From NCBI GenBank assembly GCA_043808095.1, contig JAZDFF010000024.1, forward strand, positions 7,868 through 71,867: a DNA stretch of 64,000 nt, given 5' to 3'. Made by a program: the position numbers and the translations under genes. Below, in pieces: positions 49,218 to 59,004 of this stretch (the stretch's first letter is position 1; the number at the start of each line of letters is the position of its first letter). Source of the DNA: Candidatus Omnitrophota bacterium. GTDB lineage: Bacteria; Omnitrophota; Gorgyraeia; JAZDFF01. The notes below the pieces were generated by a model that searched no databases, was not told the DNA's origin, and saw nothing but the letters and a program-made list of their open reading frames with translations.

Positions 49218-50453
49218 TTATACAACAGGCAATTTGACAATAAAAGTAGAACCCTTGCCTAATTTACTCTTTACCTCAATAGCCCCTCTGCATTTCTCGA
49301 TTATTCCGTAACAGACAAAAAGACCCAATCCCGTGCCTCTTTCCTTGGTAGTAAAGAACGGTTCAAATACTCTCATCAAAGCCTCTTCATCCATCCCTTC
49401 TCCCGTATCCTTAATTTCTATAACCACTATTTTTTCTTGGGGTTTAAATTTATCCGTCCTTCTTCTTCCGTAATCAGTTATTATTTCGCTGTAGGTTCTT
49501 ACGGTGAGGATCCCTCCGTTTTTCATTGCCTGAACCGCATTTAACATTATATTCAAGAATACTTCCTGGAGCTGATTCTCATATGCTAAGGGCTTAGGTA
49601 GATTAGCGTCCAATTCTTTTTTTATCTTTATCTTATCTAGTTTTGCCTGAAATGTCAGAAGAGAGATAGATTTCTCGATATCTTGATTTACATCTGTAGG
49701 CCTGTACTCGACTTCTTTCTGCCGGGAAAATTCTAAAAGGCTTCCGGTGATTTCTTTAATCCTGTTTGCCTGCTCTAATATTATTTTTGAAGCTTCTTTC
49801 GCCTCTTTATCATTGTTGTCTTGTAACATCCGGGCCTCGCCCGAGATGACAGATAAAGGATTATTTATATCATGGGCCACGCCCGCCGCTAAAACCCCGA
49901 CCGAAGCCATTTTGGCTGACTGGATTAATTGCTGCTGGGTCTGTTTGAGCTTTTCATAGGCATTTTTTAATTCTTCCTCGGACTTCTTGCGTTCGGTAAT
50001 ATCACGCATCACTCCCTGTATCGCAACAATCTCGCCCTCTTCCATTATAGGCTGGGCGTTGACTTCAATTAACACAAGCCGGCCGCGGTTGTCTATCTGA
50101 TTTATCTCAAATGGCTTAACTGCCTCGCCTTGAAGAATCATGTTTATCACTTCCAAGGCCTTCGGCACTTCGTTTAGGGGTGTGGTTTTCTTAAGATGCT
50201 TGCCGATAAGTTCTTCGGCTTTATAGCCATAAAGTTTCTCAACCCCCGGACTCACATACTCAATAACACCCAGGGGAGAAAGCTGAAAAATCACATCATT
50301 GATATTCTCTAATATCATCTTCGATTTCTTCTGCCAGACCAATAATGAATCTTGGGCCCACTTGTGCTGTGCCTCTAATTTTTCAAGCTCCTTAATCCGT
50401 TTCTTTAAAGAATCAATTTGCTCTCTTGAATTTTTGCCTGAGTCTTTATCCAT
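49218..50453 (-). CDS. PAS-domain sensor histidine kinase
   Basis: PAS/PAC (RDITERK), AHDINNPL, NAVQA, DTGEG, FFTTK, GTGLGL. Confidence 0.93.
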   Translation of the reverse strand: MDKDSGKNSREQIDSLKKRIKELEKLEAQHKWAQDSLLVWQKKSKMILENINDVIFQLSPLGVIEYVSPGVEKLYGYKAEELIGKHLKKTTPLNEVPKALEVINMILQGEAVKPFEINQIDNRGRLVLIEVNAQPIMEEGEIVAIQGVMRDITERKKSEEELKNAYEKLKQTQQQLIQSAKMASVGVLAAGVAHDINNPLSVISGEARMLQDNNDKEAKEASKIILEQANRIKEITGSLLEFSRQKEVEYRPTDVNQDIEKSISLLTFQAKLDKIKIKKELDANLPKPLAYENQLQEVFLNIMLNAVQAMKNGGILTVRTYSEIITDYGRRRTDKFKPQEKIVVIEIKDTGEGMDEEALMRVFEPFFTTKERGTGLGLFVCYGIIEKCRGAIEVKSKLGKGSTFIVKLPVV

Positions 50454-50481
50454 AGTTTTATCTTTCTGAAAAATCAGCGGC

Positions 50482-50557
50482 CGAGCTTGCCCTGAGCGAC
50501 TTGTGGTGAGTCCCTCGACTACGCTCGGGATAAACGCAGTCGAACTAAGTCGAAGGG
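50482..50557. repeat. Nested REP-like palindrome (TTGCCCTGAGC..GTCGAAGGG family)
   Basis: Related modules at ~45350-45411 (reverse orientation) and 47770-47793. Confidence 0.6.
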
Positions 50558-51589
50558 TGAAAAAGTGCGTGCACCCGCAGCTAAATACTCTTGTGTATAC
50601 TTTATGATATTATTCATCATCGCCACCGTCTCAACCGGATATCTTCCCACGGCTGATTCTGCCGAAAGCATGACGAAGTCGGTGCCGTCTATGATGGCAT
50701 TGGCAACGTCGCTCACCTCTGCGCGCGTAGGTCGGAAGTTTTCAGTCATACTTTCAAGCATTTGAGTGGCGGTTATAACAAACTTTCCCTGGCGGTTACA
50801 CTTTTTGATTATCATCTTCTGGATGACGGGAATTTCATAGATAGGAAGCGACACCCCCATATCTCCGCGCGCAATCATAATGCCGCTTGAGGCATCAATT
50901 ATCTCATCAATATTCTTTATGCCTTCTTTGTTTTCTATCTTAGAAATAACCTGGCACGCCGAACCTCTTTTAAGCAGCCTCCTTACCTCAAGGATATCCT
51001 GCTTTGTACGCACAAACGACTGGGCGATATATTCGACGCCGTGCTTTTGGCAGAAGAGTATGTCCTGTTTGTCCTTTGCGCTTATGCCTTTAAACTCAAG
51101 CCTTGCCCCGGGAATATTGATGCCCTTGTGTGGCTTTAGGACGCCTTCGATTATGACCCTGGTCTTCAGGCCATTCTTAACATAACCTTCCACTTCCAGG
51201 CAGATGTTGCCGTCATCAATAAATATCTGCCGGCCCTTTTTTATATCGCTTAAAGAGCCCTGATAATCAAATGGGATTATTGAATTGGCGCCTTTTATAC
51301 CCTCCTGGGTAAGCAAGATTATCTGGTGCTTTTTTAGCGTAAGCGGGACGCCCCCTGCAAGATCCCCCACCCTGATACGATGTCCTTCTAAATCTCCGAG
51401 TATCTTTATGCGCCTTCTGTATTTTGCATTTAATCTGCGGATTAGGTTTATCCTTAGAAGCCGTTCCTGCGGCTTCCCGTGGGAAAAATTAAGGCGCGCA
51501 ACATCCATACCGGCAAGCATCATCTTTCTGAGCACTGTCTCGCTCGATGAGGCCGGACCCAAAGTACAGATTATTTTAGTCTTTACCAT
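50519..51589 (-). CDS. pyk: Pyruvate kinase, short form lacking the C-terminal allosteric domain (start refined)
   Basis: [46 protein letters not shown]. Confidence 0.93.
   Translation of the reverse strand: MVKTKIICTLGPASSSETVLRKMMLAGMDVARLNFSHGKPQERLLRINLIRRLNAKYRRRIKILGDLEGHRIRVGDLAGGVPLTLKKHQIILLTQEGIKGANSIIPFDYQGSLSDIKKGRQIFIDDGNICLEVEGYVKNGLKTRVIIEGVLKPHKGINIPGARLEFKGISAKDKQDILFCQKHGVEYIAQSFVRTKQDILEVRRLLKRGSACQVISKIENKEGIKNIDEIIDASSGIMIARGDMGVSLPIYEIPVIQKMIIKKCNRQGKFVITATQMLESMTENFRPTRAEVSDVANAIIDGTDFVMLSAESAVGRYPVETVAMMNNIIKYTQEYLAAGARTFSPFDLVRLRLSRA
50560..50582. repeat. GTCCCC junction motif copy 3 (degenerate), within the pyk 3' end
   Basis: AAAAAGTGCGTGCACCCGCAG. Confidence 0.65.
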
Positions 51590-51636
51590 AGAGCTATTGA
51601 AAAATGACAACCGATTTGTAAAACAGTGACCTAGTG

Positions 51637-51659
51637 AAAAAGTGCGTGTCTCGGGAAGT
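51637..51659. repeat. GTCCCC junction motif copy 4
   Basis: AAAAAGTGCGTGTCTCGGGAAGT, followed by heptamer repeats AGATATC AGATACT AGATGCC GGATACC. Confidence 0.8.
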
Positions 51660-51748
51660 TAGATATCAGATACTAGATGCCGGATACCAGATAACAAGAT
51701 ACTAACTTTTAAGACAAGCGGCGATACAAAAAAACAAGCCCGTCCCCA

Positions 51749-52114
51749 CTATGCCGCATAAATCAACGCTACACCCAACACCAAAACCAGAAGCCCCATG
51801 CAACGCAGGACCAAATCCGACTGCTTCTCGTACCAGGAAATTATCTTTTTTACCTTCTCTATTCCCAGGACAAGGAGTAAGGCCCCTTTTATCAGGGCCC
51901 AGATTCCCAGAATAACCACCACCACCGGCAGTCTGCATTTAGGGGCGGCAGCCAAGAGAGCTATACCTATAATAAAGCTCAAAACCCCGCCTATTTTTAA
52001 ATTCTTAGCTCGGCTCCAGAAGCCAATCATTCCCCTGATAAACTTGGGGCGAATACTAATCATCAACCCCATCACTGCCATATAAAACGCCACCAACCAG
52101 ACTAAAACCTGCAT
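51749..52114 (-). CDS. Small 4-TM membrane protein (DUF2065-like)
   Basis: Hydrophobic helices and SD AAGGAGGAG. Confidence 0.7.
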   Translation of the reverse strand: MQVLVWLVAFYMAVMGLMISIRPKFIRGMIGFWSRAKNLKIGGVLSFIIGIALLAAAPKCRLPVVVVILGIWALIKGALLLVLGIEKVKKIISWYEKQSDLVLRCMGLLVLVLGVALIYAA

Positions 52115-52261
52115 CGCTCCTCCTTTCTAAAATGTTCAGCCCTTCATTAAATTCATTCAGGGCTGTTGATTACGGTGATTTTTAATAAGATTACAGAAAT
52201 TAGTCCCTAGAAATATTAAGCATCCTCTCTATTTATGGCCTAAATAACAAAAATAGAGATA

Positions 52262-53542
52262 TCAATTTTGATTGAACTTTTTATTTATGAGTTCAAATAA
52301 TCTATCCTTTACTGCTTTAAATGCCTGCGGCATCGGGGAGGCCGCGGGAAAACCCTGATAGAATACCCTTTTTTCCGCATCTGCAATTTTTACGGATATC
52401 TTATGCAGGTAATATCTCTGACTTTCTCCTGCCCCGCCATAGGTAGTCTCTAATTCCATAAACCCCGCCTGGTTTATTAAACCGATTAAATCGCTGACTT
52501 CGTCTGCTGAAAGGGTCGTTTTTATGGTCCTTAAGTCTTCTCTGTCCCAACAAGGGGCCTGTCTCATCCATTGTTTACACTTGCCGTCTTTGTCTTCAAA
52601 ATAGGTGTAGGATAATTGTGCCTGATTTATTTCGATGTCTTTATAAATAAGTTCCGAAGAAAAGTAATAGCTGACAGAAAATTGCTCGGCTGACTTTTCC
52701 TGCATGGCTTTTAAATGACCGGATATCCGGGTCTCTGCGCTGGGAAGCGCATTTAAGTCTTCTACTATCAGCCGAATATCCGCAGGCAATTTCATCCCCA
52801 GGAGCTTAAAGGGAAAACACATCTCCACAAAATCGCCTCCAAAGGCGATATAGGCGGGTTTATCATAACTTGCCCGATTTCCGCCGGCTAACTCCTCATA
52901 CTCGCAATTAAAGGTGGTGCCGTAATCTGCCTCCTGCTCATTATAGCTTTTTATCTTCTCAATCTGATACCAGGCAGCGGGTCTAATCTCTTCTATAGGA
53001 GCGCCTTCTTTCTTAACAAATCCTTCGGGCAGGTATATGCGCCAGTCCCAGCCGGGATATACGTCCTTTATGTGTCTTCTGGCCCCGGTTGCGCTACTGC
53101 CGTCGGCATCCAGATATAGGTATCCGATATGACCGGTGGTCTGTTTCTTGTCAAAACGTTCCTTAACGCCGGGTTTAATTTCCAGCAGAAGAAAAAGATT
53201 CTGGACATCGTAAGCCAGGCGCACTGATTTTATCCGCCTGGTATCTTCAAACATAGGCATGTTATATATATTTGACCACTCGAGATTCTCTAAAGGACTA
53301 ATCCCGGCTGCCTGCCAATCAGCGATATCGCCATCAATAATGATAGCACCCGATGCTAGGTCTTTGATATCTTTATAGACAACCTCATCCATAACCTTGG
53401 CCGCTGAGGTTCTTGACTCTTCTTTGACAGGTTGATAACTTCCTCTTTTGACAGGCTGATAACCTCGTCTTGGAAATAACCAGATAGACAATACCCCTGC
53501 CAAAATAATAATGCTGATTAAGAATATCTTCGTCTTTTTCAT
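52262..53542 (-). CDS. Membrane-anchored hypothetical protein with a carbohydrate-binding-like (IDGDxxDW) domain (start refined)
   Basis: N-terminal TM, IIIDGDIADW, LYLDADG..ATG, VEM. Confidence 0.65.
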   Translation of the reverse strand: MKKTKIFLISIIILAGVLSIWLFPRRGYQPVKRGSYQPVKEESRTSAAKVMDEVVYKDIKDLASGAIIIDGDIADWQAAGISPLENLEWSNIYNMPMFEDTRRIKSVRLAYDVQNLFLLLEIKPGVKERFDKKQTTGHIGYLYLDADGSSATGARRHIKDVYPGWDWRIYLPEGFVKKEGAPIEEIRPAAWYQIEKIKSYNEQEADYGTTFNCEYEELAGGNRASYDKPAYIAFGGDFVEMCFPFKLLGMKLPADIRLIVEDLNALPSAETRISGHLKAMQEKSAEQFSVSYYFSSELIYKDIEINQAQLSYTYFEDKDGKCKQWMRQAPCWDREDLRTIKTTLSADEVSDLIGLINQAGFMELETTYGGAGESQRYYLHKISVKIADAEKRVFYQGFPAASPMPQAFKAVKDRLFELINKKFNQN

Positions 53543-53567
53543 AAAAATCCTCACTGTTTAGAAGGCC

Positions 53568-53615
53568 TTATTGCCTGGGCTTTCCCAACCCCCGCAGCCA
53601 CCTGTCTATCAGGGC
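53568..53615 (-). pseudogene. Orphan 3' tail of a CARDB-family gene
   Basis: Encodes ALIDRWLRGLGKPRQ*, versus GAIDSWLRGLGKPK* (53920 gene) and AAVNRWLRGPGQFRQ* (43874 gene). Confidence 0.75.
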
Positions 53616-53674
53616 AATTCCGGGGACACGTACCTTTTTCAATTCCGTGCAATTCCGGGGACACGTACCTTTTT
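53616..53674. repeat. GTCCCC junction motif copies 5 and 6 (tandem, inverted relative to the others)
   Basis: AATTCCGGGGACACGTACCTTTTT at 53616-53639 and 53651-53674. Confidence 0.88.
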
Positions 53675-53693
53675 AAACTCTCTTCCTTCCTCA

Positions 53694-53925
53694 AAATAAT
53701 GAACCTGGCGATATTTCGAGCGAATGGAGATTTTAGCCAAGGAAGCTTGAGCATTTTCGGGAATCCAAACGCGGAAGCATTTGGATGGCGAGGATGTTTG
53801 AGCTCGTCCTGGGGCGGAAGCCCCGACGAGCGAGTTCCGCAGCCACCGAAAATGCGAAAGACCCTTGGCGTGCCCCAAAGGGGCAAAATCGACCCTGAGC
53901 GAGAAAGTCGCCAGGTTCATTATTT
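53694..53925. mobile_element. MITE-like element with 18-bp perfect terminal inverted repeats
   Basis: AAATAATGAACCTGGCGA (53694-53711) / TCGCCAGGTTCATTATTT (53908-53925), with internal stems GCCAAGG/CCTTGGC and GCATTTTCGG/CCGAAAATGC. Confidence 0.8.
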
Positions 53926-56900
53926 AGGCTTTCCCAACCCCCTCAACCAACTGTCTATTGCCCCCTGGATCTGACCTATTTTTTCAAAAATTGCACCAGT
54001 AACTTTTTGTTTTGCCTCTTGTTCTAACTTTTCTTTCGTTAACTTCTCCACGTGCAAAGAGGCAGTCATCACATTATTGGTTTCGTTAGTCTCTTTAATG
54101 ATGTCTTTGCCGTCTACCCTGGCCTCTATGGTATGATCACCGGCGATTAATGCCGGTAATGTCGCGGATATCTTGATTTCCTGGCCCGGGTCTAATATCG
54201 GCACTACCTTAACATAGACAGGTTTTGTACCACTGGGGCCAATAGTACACAAAACCCCACGCAATATATCCTGGCCGATATTCTTGACTGAAGCCTGGGC
54301 AGTAACCGGCTCTCCCTGCAGGCAGGAGGTCTTGCTCAAAGAGAAATTCGTCACCGCCACATCCTTGTAGCCTGTGCCGAGAATACCAGGCTTGACCTTT
54401 ATTTTGACTGTAGCCGCATTATTATTTTCATCTTTCTCAGGAATGGCTTTTTTGGCATCCACCATAAACTTAACAGTACAGTCGCCGCTTTTTGAAAATG
54501 TATGTCTGAAGGTAACGGTCCTTTCGCTGTTCGCGTAAAAATCGCCCAAGGCCTGGCCGGCTTCAAGCTCATCGTCAATAAGCATATCCAGGTCCGCGCC
54601 CCAGACGGTAATGCCGCAATTATTGTGCACCGTAACTTCAAAGGTCACCGGTAAATCCGTAGTCGGCTCTTTGTTACTTACTTTAATATCCTTGTCAATC
54701 GACAGGTCCGCGTCTTTGCCGCTAAAATATATCTGGGAGGTAACTTCTCCGGACACATTGAAATATTTCTCTAACTTATTATTATATTCGTCGGTCTCGG
54801 CAATCGCGCCTTGAGGATCAACCAAGACCGTCAGTTTATAATCGGCAGGATATACCCCTTTATAATCCACAATAATGGAAGCTCCGCCTTCCTGTCCGAC
54901 CGAAGGAATTACCTTTGCGCCTTTTCGATAACCGTGGCCGGCCGTGACGTCATTTAAAGCCAGGTTCCAGAACTCATATTCCACCCTGACATTTTTGGCC
55001 TCCACCAGATTAGGATTGCCGATGACAATAGTAATGGCACGGGTTTCACCCACCTCCAAAGGACGGTCTAAATTTACCACGTCAGCCACAATTAAATCTG
55101 ACGCCTCGGCGCGGATATTGCGCGGCGGCTCATAGGCATGGTAAGTGCCGAAATGAAAATCCTTGGTGTTATTTTTCTCATCCGTTTCCGGGATTTTGTT
55201 GTCTTTGTCCACGATTAGTTGCATTTTACAGTTATTGCATAGCTCTTTATCCAATTTAACTACTTTAAGTTCATGCGAGCGGATATCCCCCAAATTTTTG
55301 GAGTAACCCGCAACCGGCTTTTCCGTATACGAATGATATTCAAGCGCATCCAGATTCAACTGCTTTGCGGTTTGGCTGCCCCGGTTGTAAACCTTTGCCG
55401 TGATATTCGGGCCCACTCCCCCATAGGAGGCAGCATCCAGTACCACATCTATTCCCTGCACACCCGGCATCAGCGTGCCGACGGAAATTGACTTTTCGGC
55501 AGTTACTAATTCCTGACCGCCTGCCTCCAGCACCACCTTAAAGGTGTGGGTGCCGCCGCGCACAGTCCAGAGGATAGGTTCGCTACTACCTAAACCCACG
55601 CCCTGGTTTTCTCCAGGCGCCACACTAAGCCTGACAGTCTTAATCAGCTCCCCGTCCACAAAAATCTTGGCAATAGCATCTTCCTTTGCGCCTTTATTGG
55701 TGACGCTAAAATAAAATTTCAGCTGCTCGCCGATTTTTGGCGAATCGCTGCTAAGCATCAGGCTATAAACAGGTATCTCCCAGGCATAATCCGGCAGTAA
55801 CACCTCTGCCCGGGCTTCTGCATGGTTATTCTTCTCATTAAAATCGCTTTTGCCCCTCAGGCCCCTTTCCACCTCGCACCTTAAGACGTAACTTCCTTTG
55901 TCCTGGGGCGTCCATTTAAAGGTCAGATTGGCCTCCTCGTTGGGTTTTAAATAGTGATTCAAACCCAGTCTCTGCTCGCTCACCTTTGCATTATTTACGA
56001 GGAGTTCAGCCACCGGATTCAAATCTTCGCTGTAGCCGATATTTTTGATGCGCACGCTGATGGTTACGGCCTTGCCCGCATAAATGCGCTGTGGCAAATC
56101 GTTAAATGCCACGGTTAGATCCGGGGCAATATTCAGGTTAATCGCCTCGCTGTATTTTTCATCATTATCGTAATTCCATTCATAGCTGCGTTTGTCCTCA
56201 TTGACCCTGACCAGAAACCTGTTACTGGTAAAGGGAAGTTTTGCCTTAACTTCAATCCTATGCGTTGCCCCGGCAGAAAGAGCCGGTAATTCCAGATTTT
56301 CTCCTACGGGCCGAAACGCGTTATTGTCTGAGACTGCTCCGATCTTAATGGAGGTCGGGCTGCTGGTAAGACCGCTGTCATTTTTGATTTGCGCGCTGAC
56401 TGTCACTTCGTCTCCAATACGCAAATCTTCGGCCTTCTTGTTAAGAGGCAGGGTTACTTCCACGGAACTTACTACCAGGTCCGGCCATTTCGGCACTTGG
56501 GGGTCAGGTATCATCTCTACCCGCGCTAATACCCCGGAACAAAAAGCCCGGTTAATCTTTACCTGCTGCAGGGTAATGGGTAATAATTTATGCAGGATCA
56601 CCCCAACCCAGTTTCTCTTTTCTTTGATTCTATCCCGATATTGAGCAACCTCAATGTTATCCCGAAGTAGCTCAAAAGTGCCTACCATATACCATCTTTC
56701 CTTGAGTTTCTTGTCCATCTTGGCCTTAAACTCCCGGACTATCTCTTCGTCGCTTTTCTGGTCCTTATACTCATTGACCAGGCTGGTAAGCTTAGGCATC
56801 ATCTCATCGTAAGATTTTATTTTCTCCTTAAGGAATTTCTTGAGGCCTGCAACTTGCTCCGGCGTAATCTTCATTTCAAACTCTTTCTTGGCCTCCTCTA

Positions 56901-57492
56901 AGACACCCAGGGGGGTATTACCAAAATTATCCTTAAAATACGTCCGCTCGGTATCATAATGTTGCTGGGTTCCCATACCCGTAACACCGTCTTTGATCGT
57001 ATCACTGATTTCCATAAAGGTGTTGTACATCTCAATAAGATTGGCTATCTCACCTATAAGCGGAATTACCTCTCCTGCGACCTGACCGACAGCCCGGCCG
57101 GTTGCCTTAAGAGACTTGCCTACTACATCAGCTATACTATTGCCGACTTCCTGGGCGGTATTAGATGCGCCGAACCCATACTCCATGGCTATGTCAGAGG
57201 CCTGCTGGAATCTTTTCAACATTACATCCACGGCCTCATCAAAGCTCGGAAATGCAGACCAGTAGGATGAAGATGCCTCATTTAATCTGGACATATCTAT
57301 GAATGCCTTTTGCAGTTTTTGCAAATACAATTTATCCATCTCAGAAACCTGCGCGGCCAAATATTCGTTTGCCTGCGCCCTTACTTTAGCCGGGGCGCTA
57401 TCCCACCATTCAGCCCTGGCAATTTCGGGCCTTAAGATAAAAAATGCCGTCATAACGACTGCCAGGCATAAGACGAATTTCTGCTTAACCAT
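53920..57492 (-). CDS. Large secreted protein: helical N-terminal domain plus multiple CARDB repeats
   Basis: Signal peptide ending ARA, repeated PDL.V...E..E.NN motifs. Confidence 0.85.
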   Translation of the reverse strand: MVKQKFVLCLAVVMTAFFILRPEIARAEWWDSAPAKVRAQANEYLAAQVSEMDKLYLQKLQKAFIDMSRLNEASSSYWSAFPSFDEAVDVMLKRFQQASDIAMEYGFGASNTAQEVGNSIADVVGKSLKATGRAVGQVAGEVIPLIGEIANLIEMYNTFMEISDTIKDGVTGMGTQQHYDTERTYFKDNFGNTPLGVLEEAKKEFEMKITPEQVAGLKKFLKEKIKSYDEMMPKLTSLVNEYKDQKSDEEIVREFKAKMDKKLKERWYMVGTFELLRDNIEVAQYRDRIKEKRNWVGVILHKLLPITLQQVKINRAFCSGVLARVEMIPDPQVPKWPDLVVSSVEVTLPLNKKAEDLRIGDEVTVSAQIKNDSGLTSSPTSIKIGAVSDNNAFRPVGENLELPALSAGATHRIEVKAKLPFTSNRFLVRVNEDKRSYEWNYDNDEKYSEAINLNIAPDLTVAFNDLPQRIYAGKAVTISVRIKNIGYSEDLNPVAELLVNNAKVSEQRLGLNHYLKPNEEANLTFKWTPQDKGSYVLRCEVERGLRGKSDFNEKNNHAEARAEVLLPDYAWEIPVYSLMLSSDSPKIGEQLKFYFSVTNKGAKEDAIAKIFVDGELIKTVRLSVAPGENQGVGLGSSEPILWTVRGGTHTFKVVLEAGGQELVTAEKSISVGTLMPGVQGIDVVLDAASYGGVGPNITAKVYNRGSQTAKQLNLDALEYHSYTEKPVAGYSKNLGDIRSHELKVVKLDKELCNNCKMQLIVDKDNKIPETDEKNNTKDFHFGTYHAYEPPRNIRAEASDLIVADVVNLDRPLEVGETRAITIVIGNPNLVEAKNVRVEYEFWNLALNDVTAGHGYRKGAKVIPSVGQEGGASIIVDYKGVYPADYKLTVLVDPQGAIAETDEYNNKLEKYFNVSGEVTSQIYFSGKDADLSIDKDIKVSNKEPTTDLPVTFEVTVHNNCGITVWGADLDMLIDDELEAGQALGDFYANSERTVTFRHTFSKSGDCTVKFMVDAKKAIPEKDENNNAATVKIKVKPGILGTGYKDVAVTNFSLSKTSCLQGEPVTAQASVKNIGQDILRGVLCTIGPSGTKPVYVKVVPILDPGQEIKISATLPALIAGDHTIEARVDGKDIIKETNETNNVMTASLHVEKLTKEKLEQEAKQKVTGAIFEKIGQIQGAIDSWLRGLGKPK

Positions 57493-57648
57493 TTTTCCCC
57501 CTTTAATGAGCAGACAACTTACGCAGTGAAAGTGCGACGCCCTACTTCTGCTTTAGCTTCGGAGAATATCCACCGAAGTCTAAACGAAGGTGGACCTTGG
57601 CGAAGGAGAACGTAAGTCGTCGCTCCGACGATACGTCGGAGCGTCTGC

Positions 57649-57726
57649 GAATTAATCCTCCGAAGCTCTACCATCTACCACCTGGGTAAAGAGCGTAGGA
57701 GGATAAAAAACCGTCCCCATTATTTC
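57649..57726. repeat. 78-bp direct repeat, copy 1 (hairpin + AAAAAACCGTCCCCATTATTT)
   Basis: One mismatch versus 58381-58458. Contains the stop codon of the enclosed gene. Confidence 0.93.
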
Positions 57727-58313
57727 CGCATCATCCCCCTACCGCCCATGCCCTTCATACCTTCCGTATCCTTCATCATCTTATTCATTTCTCTTCGCTG
57801 ATTCTGCATTTTCTTTTCCATATCTTTCCTTGCCTTCTCTGTCTTGGCCTGCACTTCTTCTTGCTTCTGCCGAAGCTGTTTCTTCGCCTGGTCCATTTCT
57901 GACTTTCTCTGCCTTACTGCCTCACGGACCTTCGCGGCCAAATCTTTACCCTTCAGGCCTTGAGCCTTTGCCCCAAGCGCAGCCTGAGAAACAACATTAC
58001 CAGCCTGCTTTGGCATTTCTCCGTTCTTAACCAGCTCATTCATGGAATTAGCAGCATTCTGTAAATCCGCTCCCTTAACGCCTTTTCCCGAAAGATCAAA
58101 GATAAACTTCTTTACTTCATCCTTAGTGGCTCCCCCGCCTAACATCTCCTTTACCGGCTTTTCCACTAAATCCAGATCCTGAGAAGATACTCCTTTTTTT
58201 TGAAGTTCTGTTTTCATTTGCGTAAAGGCGACATTAACATCTTCGGCATGAACAAAACCGGCAAAAAAACTAAAACAAGCCGCTAAAACCAACGCCCTCA
58301 ACAATATCCTCAT
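57720..58313 (-). CDS. Secreted helical hypothetical protein (start refined to ATG 58313)
   Basis: SD GAGGAGGAG, signal peptide ending VHA, repeated GxKGxDL motif. Confidence 0.75.
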   Translation of the reverse strand: MRILLRALVLAACFSFFAGFVHAEDVNVAFTQMKTELQKKGVSSQDLDLVEKPVKEMLGGGATKDEVKKFIFDLSGKGVKGADLQNAANSMNELVKNGEMPKQAGNVVSQAALGAKAQGLKGKDLAAKVREAVRQRKSEMDQAKKQLRQKQEEVQAKTEKARKDMEKKMQNQRREMNKMMKDTEGMKGMGGRGMMRK

Positions 58314-58325
58314 ATTCTCCTCCTC

Positions 58326-58399
58326 AATGACCCCTGCCGTTTTGCTTCGCTTTTGCTTGAGCAAAACGAAGCAGCAGGGGGAATTGATCCTCCGAAGCT
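58326..58399. repeat. ~70-bp palindromic element, copy 2
   Basis: Near-identical to 36032-36102. Confidence 0.85.
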
Positions 58400-58458
58400 C
58401 TACCATCTACCACCTGGGTAAAGAGCGTAGGAGGATAAAAAACCGTCCCCATTATTTC
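58381..58458. repeat. 78-bp direct repeat, copy 2
   Basis: Offset 732 bp from copy 1. Confidence 0.93.
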
Positions 58459-58503
58459 ATTTGTTTTACAACCTTTTAAACTGCAAATTGCTGAGTAAAG
58501 CGC

Positions 58504-59004
58504 CTATGGATTTGTGTTTCGCCGTCGGAAAACTGGCTTCTTACTTTTACCAGACCTTCGGTTTCCGCCGCCCAGCTGTTTATAAAAATGGCGTCCTTGG
58601 GCAAAATCTCCTTCTCTGGGCCTATTATCGTATTTTCCTTTAAACGAGCCACCTTCATTGCGCTTTGAGAAACACTCTCTGCAATATACCGGACGGTCTG
58701 CGCTGGGCTTGAAAGGGACTTCGCATTCTTTCTTACAGTCTGCGCAAATCGCTTGGGTAAAGTTTCTTTCTCTGTAACTATTGTCTTGTCTTCCTTTGCC
58801 ATGACGGTAAGAGCGGTCGAAGGGTCGTGAAGGTTTTGAGAAATGCTTCTTCTCAAAAGGCCTTTCTGAAGACTGACTGACTAAGGTATCTATTTTTCCC
58901 TCCAAAGAAACCAACTGCTGTTGCATTGCATTAATTAGAGCTACTACATCCGGCTCAACTTGTGGTGGAACCGAAGGACTATCGTGTTTAAAATGTTTTT
59001 TCAT
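58504..59004 (-). CDS. CxxC-x17-CxxC zinc-ribbon domain protein (start refined)
   Basis: AICADCKKECEVPFKPSADRPVYCRECF and SD AAGGAG. Confidence 0.88.
   Translation of the reverse strand: MKKHFKHDSPSVPPQVEPDVVALINAMQQQLVSLEGKIDTLVSQSSERPFEKKHFSKPSRPFDRSYRHGKGRQDNSYRERNFTQAICADCKKECEVPFKPSADRPVYCRECFSKRNEGGSFKGKYDNRPREGDFAQGRHFYKQLGGGNRRSGKSKKPVFRRRNTNP

Noticed and set aside
53551-53974. Three overlapping ORFs (111, 93 and 91 aa)
   Set aside because: Open frames across the MITE and motif copies. Mirrored MNLA starts come from the inverted repeats.
43796-57546. Further degenerate motif copies at ~43797, ~45721, ~52198 and ~57529
   Set aside because: Too many mismatches to count without a statistical model.
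57535-57648. tRNA-like or riboswitch-like folds in GC-rich intergenic DNA
   Set aside because: No T-loop/anticodon cloverleaf or recognisable aptamer. Better explained as REP-like hairpins.
58476-58856. 126-aa alternative-frame ORF
   Set aside because: Overlaps the well-supported CxxC-x17-CxxC gene.
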